Shown one piece after another: positions 25,349 through 38,742 of a DNA stretch of 64,000 nt. Position numbers and translations under genes: made by a program. Where the stretch lies: the NCBI GenBank assembly GCA_038087875.1, contig CM075984.1, positions 14,074,001-14,138,000 on the forward strand, in the 5' to 3' direction. Every line of letters starts with the position of its first letter. Positions within the stretch are counted from its first letter, which is position 1. The stretch is from Malacoraja senta (Eukaryota). Under the pieces are notes generated by a model that did not search any database, was not told where the DNA came from, and worked only from the letters and a program-made list of their open reading frames with translations.

Positions 25349-25619
25349 AATGTGAATATATTTTTAATGATAATAACTGAGGGAGCAGAAAAGGCTGTTT
25401 TGCAGAAGCCCCATTGCTGCTTTGAGGCAGAAAGGTGGTGATGTATTGGACAATGGATCAAGTCATACATGGATGTCCTTGGAAGACAAAGGGCCAATTT
25501 TAGCTTAGTTAGTATAGCTTTGGAAAAGGTGTATTGAATTCTGAATCTTGCAGTTCATTTTTATATAAACTTTAATGCAATTATCACTGTCCCTTTTTTC
25601 TCTTTCCCCCTCCCTGTAG

Positions 25620-25679
25620 GCTGGAGCTCCAATGGGGCAGTTTCCAACAGGAAATTCCTCAACCAACCCATTCTTATAG
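25620..25679 (+). CDS. AGFG1: AGFG1 terminal coding exon, AGAPMGQFPTGNSSTNPFL*
   Basis: Strong pyrimidine tract plus tgtag| acceptor. Matches the AGFG1 C-terminus 'TGAPTGQFPTGSSSTNPFL*'. Confidence 0.95.
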   Translation, partial: AGAPMGQFPTGNSSTNPFL

Positions 25680-26300
25680 CCCAAATGGTTGCCATCAGGA
25701 GTGCGGTGTCGGTGTGTGACGTCTCCAGACCTCTTGCACAGTTTTGTTGCTCACTGATCTTAGCTTTAAACACGGGAGTCTCTGAAGCTTGTATTTTGTA
25801 TAAATGGGATAATATATGCAGAAAAAGGACTCCCACTCATGTCCTTAATATAACTGTTACTTGGCACGAAGGTTCAAGATGTAATCATATCATGTATATT
25901 GAAATGGGCTGATGTTAAGTTATTGCAAATCCTACCTTTCATTGCTGTGCAGTACTGTACATATTTTTCTTGGAAATTTAGCTATTTGTGCACATTGGTA
26001 TTTGTAATTTAACACACACGTTGAATGTGAAATGTTACTGAACAAAAGGGATTGTGAGATTGCTGAATCTACAAGGTTGAAATTGCTGCAACAACATTTG
26101 CCTTTTAAGTTCTGGTTTTGAACTAAACCAGAAGTTTTATCAATTTGGTGACTTAAAATATAGTGGATTTTCTTTCTCCGAGGAAAATTCTCTTATTTAT
26201 AATCTGAGCATGTAGGGAACTGTACCTCTGCCTAATAAAGGAGATCATGTTTTGCTACAGTTTGCAATTGACAAAATAAATACTGTATTAGTAAGAATGT
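25680..26300 (+). terminator. AGFG1: AGFG1 3' UTR with AATAAA signals at 26234-26239 and 26275-26280
   Basis: AU-rich non-repetitive sequence after the stop codon, with two canonical hexamers. The cleavage site is not determined. Confidence 0.65.
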
Positions 26301-26429
26301 TCATGGAAATTTATTTTAAATGTGATTCTTGTGATATTGCATTGCCATTCATTACATATGAAATCAAAGAAATTACAATGCAGGAGGAAGCCATTCATCT
26401 CTGCAGTTGAATTGATTGAATACATTGAT

Positions 26430-26737
26430 TGAAAGGTACAACATGGAAACAGGCCCTTTGGCCCACCGAGTTTACACCAACCATCTATCTCACTTTCACA
26501 CTAGTTCTGTGTCAACCCACTGTCTCATCCACTTCAAACACACTCGGGGCAATTTACAAAGGCCACTTAATCTACAAACCTGAACATTTTTAGGATGTGG
26601 GAGGAAATCGGAACACCTGGAGGAAATCCAAGCAATCACAGGAAGAATGTGCAAACTCCACACAGACTGCACCCGAGGTCAGGAACAACCCTGGTCTCTG
26701 GCACTGCGTGGCAGCAGCTCTACCAACCGTGCCAGCC
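26430..26737 (-). mobile_element. HE1-like V-SINE (duplicate at ~41002-41309)
   Basis: Same tripartite structure. Confidence 0.8.
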
Positions 26738-27659
26738 TATTGTATTTAAGATTCTATCTAGATTCTAAATTTCAGAACATATTTAATTTGTTATGAGATG
26801 TTCTGTTATTATCAGAGGAGTTGAAAGCTATTGCATGTTGAGTTTTGTCATGATTGTCTCTGATTCAAAAGATAAGTAGTAAGCCATTCTATGTTTCAAA
26901 AAATAATTGTACAAAAACATTCGACCAACCTCTGTTTTGGACCTGAGATCATCCAATTCACTGCCACTGGGTGACATTGGCTGAGAGAATATTGAAACTG
27001 ATCTTTTTTTTAAATCACCTGCTTGTTCCCCATGGATTTGCCCCTTCCTATCTTGTCCATCTCCCCAGCCAAACGCCCCATTGGTGCAGTTGGTGTGTTT
27101 ATCGGCTGTTGTAAATCACCCCTAATGTAGGTGGATGATGGAAGAATCGGGGACAAAATATTGATGAGGGGGAAAGACAGGATTATTGTCGATGGTTGCT
27201 TGATGGTCGGGATGGGCTGAAGGGTCTGTTTCCGTGCTGCACGATGTTGAATTCTATAAAGTTGGAGTAAATGGGGAGCAGGTGGAAAGGAGTCCGTACC
27301 CAACATAAGGAAGAGAGTTTGGAAGTTGTTCATCTTGGCCTAAAGCACAGAACTGTGTCAGACATCTTTGACATAACTATTTAATCAATGGCTTATTATC
27401 CACTAAAGCAACGTGAGGCCCCCCTCCAGCAAAATGCAGGATGAATGGTAGCGTATAATTTTTCTCCCAATCACTGCTCATTGTCCAAAAGATGCTATCC
27501 CCCATCCACAATAATACCGACTATGAAGGAAACCCATGATGCTCGATTCACATTGATTTTTCAAAATAAGCAAATGTCTTTCCTTTCATTTCAATTAATT
27601 TGATGCTCTCCTCCCCACTGTAGAATATCTTGCAATTGGTGAAAAATAAAAAAAATGTT

Positions 27660-28465
27660 CTGAATCAGAATCAGATTTTATTCGCCAAGTATGTTTTGCA
27701 ACATACGAGGAATTTCACTGTAGGAGTCTGAAGAAGGGTTTCGGCCCGAAACGTTGCCTATTTCCTTCGCTCCATAGATGCTGCTGCACCCGCTGAGTTT
27801 CTCCAGCATTTTTATGTGTACTGAGGAATTTCACTGGCCAGGCCAGTCATACAATTAGAAGCAACAGACTCAAAAACACATTTTAACATGAACATCCAGC
27901 ACAGTGACTCCTACACATTCCTCACTGTGATGGAAGGCGAAATAAAGTTCAAGTACTTCCCTTATGTTCTTCCTTGGTCGGGGGCCTCGAGCCCCCATTA
28001 ACGGGATGATCTTGACTCCCGTAGCCGGTGGCGTATGGGCCCTCCGCGTCGAGGCGTTCAGCTCCTGCATCGGGGGGTTGTCAGCTCCCCGCGCCGGGTT
28101 ATCAAACCTCGCGTAGGGGCTGGTCGAACCTTCTGCGGCTTTGGAGCTCCTGACTAGCCTCTCCCGAGACTGCGAGACCTTGATGGTAAGTCCACAGGCC
28201 GCGGTGGAAGCGATCCCAGGCAAGGGATCCGCTCCGATGTTGAGTCCGCGCCCCGCGGTGGGGCTCACGACAGTCCGAGGCGGCTTCCAGCTCCAGCGAT
28301 GGTAGGCCGCAGAGCCCAGAGAATGTGATCCGAAAAATGACCACATCTCCGGGAAGGTAAGAACCTGAAAAAAAAGTTTCCCCTGATCCCCCCCCCCCAC
28401 ATAAAACAAACAAAGTACATTAAATCAAACTTTTAACAAACACTAAAAATAACAAAACAATGAAA
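27660..28465 (-). mobile_element. CpG-rich non-autonomous retroelement with AATAAA + (ATTCTG)n tail, just downstream of the SLC19A3 stop (duplicate at 42232-43035)
   Basis: Sharp GC/CpG-rich block ending on the - strand in cttggcgaataaaatctgattctgatt, a Rex1-style 3' end. Family assignment is uncertain. Confidence 0.65.
27721..27822 (+). mobile_element. 102-bp Penelope-derived insert with minimal hammerhead core and 14-bp TSD (duplicate at ~42293-42394)
   Basis: GAGGAATTTCACTG at 27707-27720 and 27823-27836; core CTGAAGA-A-GGGTTTCGGCCC-GAAAC-GTT. Confidence 0.85.
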
Positions 28466-28501
28466 AAATCGCTACTGCATTTTGGGGACAAAGAGCATTC
28501 T

Positions 28502-28669
28502 TCAGAGCTGCGCTGTAATTTCAGTATCATTTCTGGCCGGCGAAGTATTTTCAATGATTCCAGAACCAACGTGTCTCTTTCCTTTCCTTCTGGTTTGGAC
28601 AAAACTGTGGATTCCTCTGACAAGGAAAATTCCTGCAATTACTGCAAAGTAGGTCGCATAAATAAGAAA
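28502..28669 (-). other. SLC19A3: Duplicate of the SLC19A3-like terminal exon, in the first copy of the duplicated block
   Basis: Same sequence as 43072-43239 at offset 14570. Confidence 0.85.
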
Positions 28670-29099
28670 CTGCAAAAATTAAAAATATATATAAATTATT
28701 GTAAGATAATTAGTGCAATATTCACAGGCATCATCACAAAATGGTTGCTGGGACTAATTGCAAAAAAATATAGAACTGCACATATTTTCTGCTACATAAT
28801 GTTAAAGAAAGAATATTACTTTAAAGCAGTTAATTTATTATCTCCTCCCATTTGCTGGTTGATGGGTGCTCTCAGCAAGTCTTTAGCATCTTCATTGCCT
28901 GTACATGTTCCTAAGACTGGTGGAAGTAGATGTCCTATTGTATTATTCAACTAGTTTCAGATGCCAATGTGCTACAACATGCCACAAACTCAATCTGGTA
29001 ATCTTTCGAGCAGCCTTCTTGTGTTTCTGCCTTGTTTAAATATATTCTTGGTCAAAGTGTTATAAGCTGTGCCAGTTTGCTTTTGGATCCTTCATTCAA

Positions 29100-29785
29100 A
29101 TCATTGGCATATTATGAATTGCAGGGACCCAAGTACTGATCCCTATGGCACTCCACCGGTCTCTGCCTGATATGTGGAAAGAGACTCAATTATTCCTGCC
29201 CTCTGTTTTCTGTCTGTTAACCATTTCTCAATCCATGTCAATACATAATCCCCATTCCAAGTTTTTTTAGTTTTGCACATTAACCTCTTAAGTAGAACTT
29301 ACGAAAAACTTTCCAAAAGTCCAAATATATTACATCCGAAAGTACACCCTTATCTATCCTCCTGGATACGTTTTCAAAAACTCCATTGAGAATAAACCCA
29401 TGCCGACTTTGTCCAATTCCTTTAATGCTTTCCAATTGTCTGGTTATTATATCTCTGTTAGATTCGGCACCTTTATCCACTATTGATGTTAGGCTTATAG
29501 CTCAGTAATTTCCTACATTTTAGTTAATAGGGAGGTTACATTTGTCAACTTCCTATCTGTAGAAATTGCTCCAGTACCTCAAAAGATTTGAGAGCTGTTC
29601 TCCAATGTATCCACTGTTTCCAGCTGCTCCCTGGAATACTCTCGGATGCAGATTCTCAAGTGTTGGACATTTGCTAGCATTTACCCCCATTACCCCACTA
29701 TTTCTTTACTATTACTGTTTCCCTTCAGTTCTGCCTCTCTAGACCCTGACCTTGGTGTTCTCCTTTGTGAAGACAGAACTATGCT
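29100..29785 (-). mobile_element. Old CR1 RT fragment (duplicate at ~43670-44350)
   Basis: IGQSRHGF...DVIYLDFWK.F remnant. Confidence 0.7.
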
Positions 29786-30284
29786 ATGTGTCTAGGAAGG
29801 AACTGCAGTTGCTGGTTGTCAGAGAGAGGAGAACGTCTTCAAAGCAGGCATACCTTGAGATTTTCACAGTGGAGCCGACAAAATGTGTAGGAGGAACTTC
29901 CTGGAGAAGGGTATCGATCCGAAACATCACCTTTTCCTTTTCTCCAGAGATGCTGCCTGACCAGCTGAGTTACTCCGGCATTGTGCGTCTATCTATGGTA
30001 TGTGCCTAATGTTCTGCTCCTTGGTCATAATTTTTTATTGTAAATAACCCCGTTTCTGGGTAATAGCTGGGCCTATATTTGTATTCACTTCCATTTCCTC
30101 TGCACATTTTTATTGAAGATTTCACATTTACTTTTTATGGTCACCACAAGCTTTCCCTCATCTTCATCTTCCACTGAAAGTTTGCTGAATTCTAAATGTT
30201 CTCCAACCTTCTGGCTTGTAGCCTTTTCTGGCATATTAATGCCCCCCGCCATCCCTTGTATTGAAACAATCCCTAATTTCCTTT

Positions 30285-30690
30285 TCAAAAAAACAAAAAG
30301 CTGGAACAACTCAGTGGGTCTGGCACTCTGTGGAGGGAATGAGCAGATGACATTTTGTGTCAGGACCCTTCCTCTGACTGATGGAGTAAGGGGGAGAAAG
30401 CTGGAAAAGAGAGGTGGGGGAGGGGCAAAGCCTGGAAAGTGATGGGTGGATACAGGTGAGGGGGTCAGGGGGTGACTGGGAAATGGGTGGAGTAAGTGAC
30501 AAAGTCTGGAGTGGAAAGAAGACAAAAGAGTGTCAGAGGAGTAGTGGAATGTAAAGCATGGGAGGAAAATGAGTGGAAGGAAATGGGGGAGGGGATAAAG
30601 GGGAAACATGTGACAGGGTGGGAGATAAACACAGGGAGGAGGGGTGACAAGGATGGTGGAACAAATGTGTTGGCACTGGAGTGGGGGTAA
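30285..30690 (-). mobile_element. Penelope-like 3' end (terminal repeat + purine-rich tract); duplicate at ~44852-45257
   Basis: Reverse complement of the architecture at 47040-47390. Confidence 0.65.
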
Positions 30691-30874
30691 GGGGAAAGAG
30701 GGAGGTAGGGGAATATCCCTGAATCTCATATATCCCTTTGATATCCCCTCTTTTATTGACCAAAATGAGAAATTTGCAGATTTCCTTTCCTAGTGGTGAG
30801 CTGAATGGGTTTAAAGCTATCATGATGGTTTCATTATGTTAGCTGCGTTAATTTTTTGGGGGATCTGGAGAAGT

Positions 30875-31172
30875 AGTTTAGTTTCATTTAGAGATACAGT
30901 GCAGAAACAGGCCCTTCAGCTGACCGTGTCCGCGCCGACTAGCGATCCCCGTACACTAGCCTTATCCTACACACTAGGAACAATTTATACCAAAGCTGAT
31001 TAAACTAATAACCTGTATGTCTTTGGAGTGTGGGAAGAAACCGAAGCACCCGGAGAAAACCCACACAGTCACTGGGAGAACGTACAAACTGTACAGACAG
31101 AATACGTGGTCAGGATCGAACCCGGGTCTCAGGCGCTGTGAGGCAGCAACTCTACCACCGTGCCACCGTGCC
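30875..31172 (-). mobile_element. HE1-like V-SINE (duplicate at ~45442-45739)
   Basis: GGCACGGTGGTAGAGTTGCTGCCTCACAGCGCC...GGTTCGATCC head. Confidence 0.85.
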
Positions 31173-31356
31173 ATCCAGTGATTAAGCAAATAAGTTAAAA
31201 TTTACCGAAACTTGTAATAGGATTTGAACTTCTGTGCCCCACTGAAGAATTGCAGCCTCTGGAGTATTTATCTAGTTAACATAACCATTAAACATTACCA
31301 TTGCTTTAATAAGTATACATGTATGTGTGTATAAACATATAATATGTATAAATAAC

Positions 31357-31498
31357 CTGGGTAATAATGTCCAAACCGAGGCCTCTTGAATCAACCACAA
31401 TGATGGTCAGGAGGGATTGAAGTATCATAGCCATCGCGGTATTTACTCCAAATATGAGAGCATAATGTCCCTTCTTGAGGTTAACTGCAATTTGAAAC
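31357..31498 (-). other. SLC19A3: Duplicate of SLC19A3-like coding exon 4, in the first copy of the duplicated block
   Basis: Same sequence as 45924-46065 at offset 14567. Confidence 0.85.
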
Positions 31499-32402
31499 CT
31501 GGATTCGGAGAAAATCTTGTTATACTCAAATTTCTCAGCATTTTACGGAAAGATTTACAAAGTCATTGTACTTATTTAAACAAAGACTGAAGTTAACACT
31601 ATACATGAGATTACTTGTTTTAACAAAAAAAAAACTCATTCATTTCTGGGCTAAACATGTATCTAACCTCATGGTATTCTCCCCACCGGCCTTCACATCC
31701 AATACATCATTCTTTGACATTTCCGTCACCTTCAATGTTATCCCATCTTCCCATCCCCACTCTTTACAGATTTGTTGCCTTTCAGCACCAGAGACCCGGG
31801 TTCAATCCTGACTATGGGTGCTGTCTGTACAGAGTTTGTGACTGTGACCGCGTGGATTTTCTCGAGGTTTCCTCCCGCATTCCAAAGATTTGCAGATTAG
31901 CTTCTGTAAGTTGTCCCTAGAGTTAGGATAGAACTAGTGTACAGGATGCTTATTGGTTGGCATGGACTTGGTGGGCTGAAGGGCCAGTTTCCATATTGTA
32001 TCTCTAAGCTAAACCGCTCACACCTTAACTCTTTTGGTACACACATCCCCTCCCGCCCAAACTACCCCTTTCCCAGGTATTTTCCCTACAACTGCAGGAG
32101 ATGCAGCTCCTGTCCTTACATCTCCCTCATATCCATCCAGAGACCCCTGCAGTCCTTCCAGATGTGACAGGTTCACGTGCACCTCCTCGAACCGCATCTA
32201 CTCTATCCGGTGTTCCTGACATACCTCGTACATCGGCGACACCACGCTTAGACTCAGCATCCATTTCGTCAAACACTAGCACTCAATCTGCCAAGGTCAA
32301 TGGATTTCCCAGTTGGTAACCATCTTCATTCCTCATCACATTCCCATACTGACCTGTCTGTCTTGGGCTTCCTCATTGCCACGTGCAAACTGGAGGAGCA
32401 GC

Positions 32403-32602
32403 NNNNNNNNNNNNNNNNNNNNNNNNNNNNNNNNNNNNNNNNNNNNNNNNNNNNNNNNNNNNNNNNNNNNNNNNNNNNNNNNNNNNNNNNNNNNNNNNNN
32501 NNNNNNNNNNNNNNNNNNNNNNNNNNNNNNNNNNNNNNNNNNNNNNNNNNNNNNNNNNNNNNNNNNNNNNNNNNNNNNNNNNNNNNNNNNNNNNNNNNNN
32601 NN
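32403..32602. other. Assembly gap, 200 N
   Basis: Run of N. Confidence 1.
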
Positions 32603-35600
32603 CAATCATATTCTGCAGAATAGGTGCCTCTCCTTTGATGTCCCCTAGAGGCACACCGAGGATCGGGATGACTTCCATCTTTATACATTTCATGGGTATC
32701 ATTGTCACACCCTCATCCCTCCCCATTGTGCTTCTTCCAATCATAACATAAAGCCCACATTCCCACGAGAACGTCCTGGAACGTCCACCTGACGTCAAAG
32801 ACCACCTCCCATATCATGCATCGCATGTGCATTTAAATGAGACATCTTGTCATAGTGGGTGTGTGTACATATTCATGTAAGTTCATTGCCCATGCGCACT
32901 GAGTGTTTCTTCTGACCCTTACCCTAGTTCTATGCTGGGCTGTTGCTATCTTCTCTGTTCTCATCCTTGAAAAAGTCACCATCTGTACTTGTCCTTCACT
33001 CCCCCTATCCTCCCTACTATACTCCATACTATACAAAGGGTTCTTGTCTAAATCAACTTATACCTATTAACCCCTTTCTCACAATCCACACTTTTACTTT
33101 TGCTACTGCAATCTTTGATTTAGACTATCTGCCCCTTCTCTAATGCTAGCAGCAGAATCTTCGCCTCTCCCTATCTTCCTCTCATTCGATAGACAGGGAG
33201 GTGAGACCTGCTAGGGCTCTCGACACTGACCCATCAGGAGCAGTGTTGTTGGAGATGAAGGTGCAACATTGTTCCCCAAACATTACACACACCCCTCCCT
33301 TCTCAGCCAGTAGCATGTCTAAGGCCATGCGATTTTGCCAGGCCATTAGGCTGGTATCTGTCAGTTGTTCCGCTAATCCTTCAACCGCATCTCGAGTGTA
33401 ATTTATAAAGCGTTGTTGATTGTAGTATAGGTAGTTGATCCAGTCCACATTTTTATTAAGTGTGGACCACCAGAAGAGTATGGACTCAAAGCCCGCAGCT
33501 ATCTGGTTTCTGGCTTTGAATTCATCGGGTACCCCTCTTGGCACCCCTATCGCATCTATATATATGTGTGTGTCGAAGGGGCTGTCCTTCGGCTCTTTGT
33601 ATTGTTGTTGCTAGCCGGGAATAGGTAATGATAACTCTGGCAGGTCGCATCCTTTGGTAGGATGGGATTTGTGAATAGCTGTAGTATACATGACATAGCC
33701 CCAGGTGTCCTATCCCCAATTCAAGGGAAATGGTTCTGGAACCAGCTGAGGCTTAGCTCCGGCGCAGGCGTAGCAATTGGTGTGTTGCATACTCCTGGCC
33801 GTGTACATCATCCAGGCAAGCCAGGTGTTGGCTCCCTTCCCTCCTTTAGGTATTCCCTCCTCATATAATTGCCTTAATTCTGTTTCTCCTGCTACTATCA
33901 TTATCTTCAAATCCTTAGGCTCATTCTCCCTGTTCTATCTGCACATCCTTCCACTTTCCTGCATTTGAACACTCTGTATGTTTACATAGTTGGTTAACCA
34001 CCCAACACACGACCCACCAACACGAAATCTTCATTTTTCCCGCGGGTTCTTGTTAAATATTAAAGTCAATGGTTCCTCTCCTTTGCGCACAGTACACGGG
34101 CTGATATTGTTTGGTGGGGCCTCCACAGGACCCTTAAATCGGCTTGCGTGTGTCCACCCTTTTTCTTTTGTTCGTACTGCTGTCTCGGTGATTAGTAACA
34201 CCAGGTAGGGTCCAGTCCACTTAGGTTGCAGCTTTTCTTCCTTCCATGATGTTACAAGATCCCAGTCCCCCGCTTTCACAGAATGGATTGGAAAGTCGAG
34301 ATGGGGACTCTGTGCCAGCAGCCCATTGGTTCTTAATTCTGTAATAGAACGAGATACTCCCAGTAAATAGTTCCTTAGGAATACATCATTCCCTTGTATT
34401 TGTTGGGACCCCTTCTATCGTTCCTAAATAATAAAGACCTAACTTGTTCAACCTTTCTCTGTGTCTTAGTTGCTGAAACCCAGTCAACATTCTAATTGAT
34501 CTCCTCTATACTCTCTCTATTTTGTTGACCTTTTCCTATAATTATGCCTACCAAAATTATACACCATACTCCACAATTGACCTCACCAATACCTTGTACA
34601 ATTTAACATTACAACCCAACTTCTATACACAATGCTCTGATTTATAAAGGCCAACACACCAAAATCTTTCTTTACCATCCTATCTTCATGAAATTCCACC
34701 TTCAGGGAACCATGCACAGTTATTCCTAGATCCCTCTATTCAACTTCATTCCTCAATTCACAATCATTTACCATGTACATTCAATTTTGATTTGTCCTGC
34801 CAAGATGTATCATCTCATACTTATCAACATTAAACCCATCTGTCATGTTTCAACCCATTCTTCCAAATGACCTAAATCTCTCTGTACACTTTTTAAAATC
34901 TACTTCATTATTCACAACACCACCTATCTTAGTATCATCTACATACTTATTAATCTATTTTACCACACCAACATCCAGATTATTGATTCACATGACAAAC
35001 AACAGTGGACCCAACACACATCCCTGAGGTACCCTCTAGTCACTGACCTCCAACCTGACAAACATCCATCCACCATTGCTCTCTGACATCTCCCATACAG
35101 CCACTTTTTAATCCATCTTGCTATTCCTTACTAACCCTTCTTAACCAACCTTATTTCCTTATTGAACCTTGTCAAAGGCCTTACTGAAGTTCATCTAGAC
35201 AACATCCATCACTTTACCCTCATCAATTTCCCTAATAACCTTTTCAAAAAATTCAAGATTAGTCAAACATCACAATCACAAATCCATGCTAATTCTTCCT
35301 AATCCTACCCTATTCTTATACATTGTCTTAAGTATGCTTTCCATTATTTTGCCCACCACTGATGTCAAACAACGTTCTTGTTCAAACTCTACTCTTTTCT
35401 CACATCTCTTGTCCTCCTGTTCACTTACCTCAGGGCTATTATCTATTCATACCTGAGGGACAGCCCTCAGGTATTATTGAAATGGTACCAGGTATATCAA
35501 CCTTCTACCTGAACATCGGTCGGTAGTTTAGAAAACTCATACATACACCTTGTCTTCAGGTTTAAAGGGTCCTTCCTCCTGGTCCACCTCCAACAGCTTT

Positions 35601-38600
35601 TATTTTTCCTGTTCATAAATAGACTTGTATATCATAATTAACTGTTCCAAACTCGGTCTCTTGTAGGGACCTCTCCATTGTGCCACCTGCTCGGTTAGTT
35701 TGCATGCAACATCTCTTCAGTGCCAATGGCAGGGCATCGATCCAACTCAACTTTGTAATTAAACAAATCTTATTTATATTAACCTTCAATGTTCCATTTA
35801 TTCTTTCCACCATGCCTGTGACTGCAGGTGTTACATACCCAAATGTGTATTTTACTCTAAGGGTCTGTATCGCCAACTTAGCTACTCCCTAAATGAAAAC
35901 AATCTGTTGTCAAAGCTGATTTCTGTAGGTCTACCAAACCTCTTAATTACCTTATTCATCATAAACGACACTACAGGGCTTATACCTAATCTAGTCTGAA
36001 CTATATCCTGCCTTTTCCCGAGGTTATCATACTCTGTCCTACATTCTGAAGTATTTTTTTTTTTTAATCTCTCTCTCTCTCTTACATCGCTTGTTACTTA
36101 TGGAACAATACCAACAAATCCTCCTTTAAATCCCTTTCTCTCTTGGAGACCCCAGTCCTGTTAGGGCTTATATCCAGATTAATTTCACTCCTGATAGGAC
36201 TTTTTGATGAAACGTACCCCAAAGACATTCATTATTGGCATGTAATTCTCTGGCCCTGCTTGGTTCCGTCATAGGACTCACTTAGGTCCATTGTTTATTG
36301 ACAACACCTCCTCCTGCTGGTTTGCAAGTCTTTTTCCTATCTTTGCGATATTTCTCGACCGCAGAGACCAACTGTTCGCTGAATCTGCTTGACTTTAAGA
36401 AGAATGACATCCACCACAGTGGTTCATAATATAATGTTCATCAATCAACTCTCCACCTTTTCAGCTGGTTTTCCAGATAGGCTGCTGGATTACATTGTCT
36501 GAGGGCCTGCCATGCCCTCTGCCTGTTCATAATATAATGTTCATCAATCAACTCTCCACCTTTTCAGCTGGTTTTCCAGATAGGCTATTTGCCTTTCCTT
36601 CTGTATCTCCCCTTGTTCCTTGGGGTTCCTCTTAAGTGGGTAACATTGTCTGAGGGTCTGCCATACCCTCTGCCTGACTGTGTCAAACAGTATGCCATTG
36701 CTTGTTACATTGTTCGCATCAGTTTATACCATCCATCTTCAGTAGTTCTGTCACTTTAGTGGTTCCTATCACTTTTACCAACAGTGGCCTTCAAATCTTC
36801 CATGATCAATAATCGTCCACGTTCTCCTCCTCCAAAGCCCTAATCCATTTCCTCCCCCATCAGGGATATAGGGTGAGGTATTTTTTAGCCCTTTCAGTTT
36901 ATGGGTGCCCCAAGGGATAATCCGTGTCTGTCCTTCTCTTTTCTCTTTAAAGCAGTCTCATCACTTTATCCCAATGCTTCCAACTTTAATCCTTTCTGGT
37001 ATGCCTTCTTTCTAATTCTAAACTCAATTTCTTGCTTCTCAAATATTCTAGCCTCCTTGCAAAAATCTTCCACTAACTCCTCCTGCTTTATTACTTTCAC
37101 GCCTGTCGTTTTTCTACTTCTGTTATCTTCTAACTGCCTCTCTCTCCTTTCTTTCTAAACTTGAATGTTTACCAATTAACTTATTTCCAATTATTTCAAT
37201 CCATATTCACCACTATTTTAAATGTCCAATTCCTAGCACTAGTAACAATTTTCCAAATTATCTTTACTGACTAGAAATCTAAAAGAACATCAGAAAAACC
37301 AAAAGCTGGTTTCACAACTTCCCCTTCTTACGAGGATACAAACAATTAATCGTTATCTTACAGCTGTTCGTCGTCTTTCACCATGACCTGATTTATTTAA
37401 AGGAACATACACCTACCTACAGTGAACATTTTTGATTTTAATAAAACTTACTTACTTACTCTTACAATGTGGTCTACAAATACAATAAACAAAATAATTA
37501 TCACATATATAAACTTCCTCTTTCATTCCAAACCGTTTTTTACACACAAATCACATTCGTTCCATTCTTACTTCAAATAAATGCAACATCTTTTACATGT
37601 ATTAAAACTCAATATAACAGAATCAAATCATTTTTGTCTTCCAATTCCCTGGGTATTTCTCTGCCCCCAGAGGCTCAATCATTTTTGTCCTCCAATTCCC
37701 TGGGTATTTCTCTGCCCCCAGAGGCTCAGCATTCGCCCCAACGGACTATCAGGCAGAATGCTGGGGTCGGGCTTACCGCCCTTCCCCTCCCTGGTGGGCT
37801 TTCCGTTCTCATGGCCCATCCTCCCGATCGGAATTTCCCCCCGATCTTTTTCCCACCTTTCCTGCCTTGCCCGTACAGACCCCTGAATTCTTCAGGGCGG
37901 TATCCACAAGGTCTTATCAATCGCCCGAGTAGTACTTAATAGTCAGTTTTCTTACCCGGGTCCTGTGCACAAGAATCACTCGATTTGGCTCCCTCGCGAT
38001 TTTCCCACCGATCTTCCTCCCGATCGGATTTCCAACTACTCCCACTTCTTTGCTGAGTCTCTGTTCAGGGATACCACTCGCCCAAACCGCTGACGGCAAT
38101 CTAGGGGTCTAGGACCGCTGAAAACAACGGGGTGCACCGTCCCTTCTTCCGTATACCGCCGTCAGCCAGCCGGAGTGGGGGTCCCGAGACGAGCCCCCAA
38201 AAATTGTGAGATTCAAAAATCACAAACGCTTTTAGAGACAAAGTCAGCAAAGAAGCTTTTTATTCAAATCATATTCTGCAGAATAGGTGCCTCTCCTTTG
38301 ATGTCCCCTAGAGGCACACCGAGGATCGGGATGACTTCCATCTTTATACATTTCATGGGTATCATTGTCACACCCTCATCCCTCCCCATTGTGCTTCTTC
38401 CAATCATAACATAAAGCCCACATTCCACGAGAACGTCCTGGAACGTCCGCCTGACGTCAAAGACACCTCCCATATCATGCATCGCATGTGCATTTAAATG
38501 AGACATCTTGTCATAGTGGGTGTGTGTACATATTCATGTAAGTTCATTGCCCATGCGCACTGAGTGTTTCTTCTGACCCTTACCCTAGTTCTATGCTGGG

Positions 38601-38742
38601 CTGTTGCTATCTTCTCTGTTCTCATCCTTGAAAAAGTCACCATCTGTACTTGTCCTTCACTCCCCCTATCCTCCTACTATACTCCCTACTATACAAAGGG
38701 TTCTTGTCTAAATCAACTTATACCTATTAACCCTTTCTCACA
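32603..38742 (-). mobile_element. Second copy of the ERV (3' LTR cut by the gap; 5' LTR 38205-38742), inside the duplicated block
   Basis: Colinear and near-identical to 18031-24168, with the same downstream flank ATGTGTTATTGC. Confidence 0.9.

Noticed and set aside
27870-28413. 179-aa and 103-aa minus-strand ORFs
   Set aside because: They lie within a GC-rich repeat where stops are rare; no domain similarity.
28460-28954. 164-aa plus-strand ORF (and its copy at 43030-43521)
   Set aside because: Antisense shadow of the SLC19A3 terminal exon plus intron; no recognisable protein.
30085-30823. Pro/Ser-rich ORFs up to 214 aa
   Set aside because: Low-complexity purine/pyrimidine tract of a Penelope 3' end.
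32300-32798. ORFs spanning the N run
   Set aside because: Artefacts of translating through the gap.
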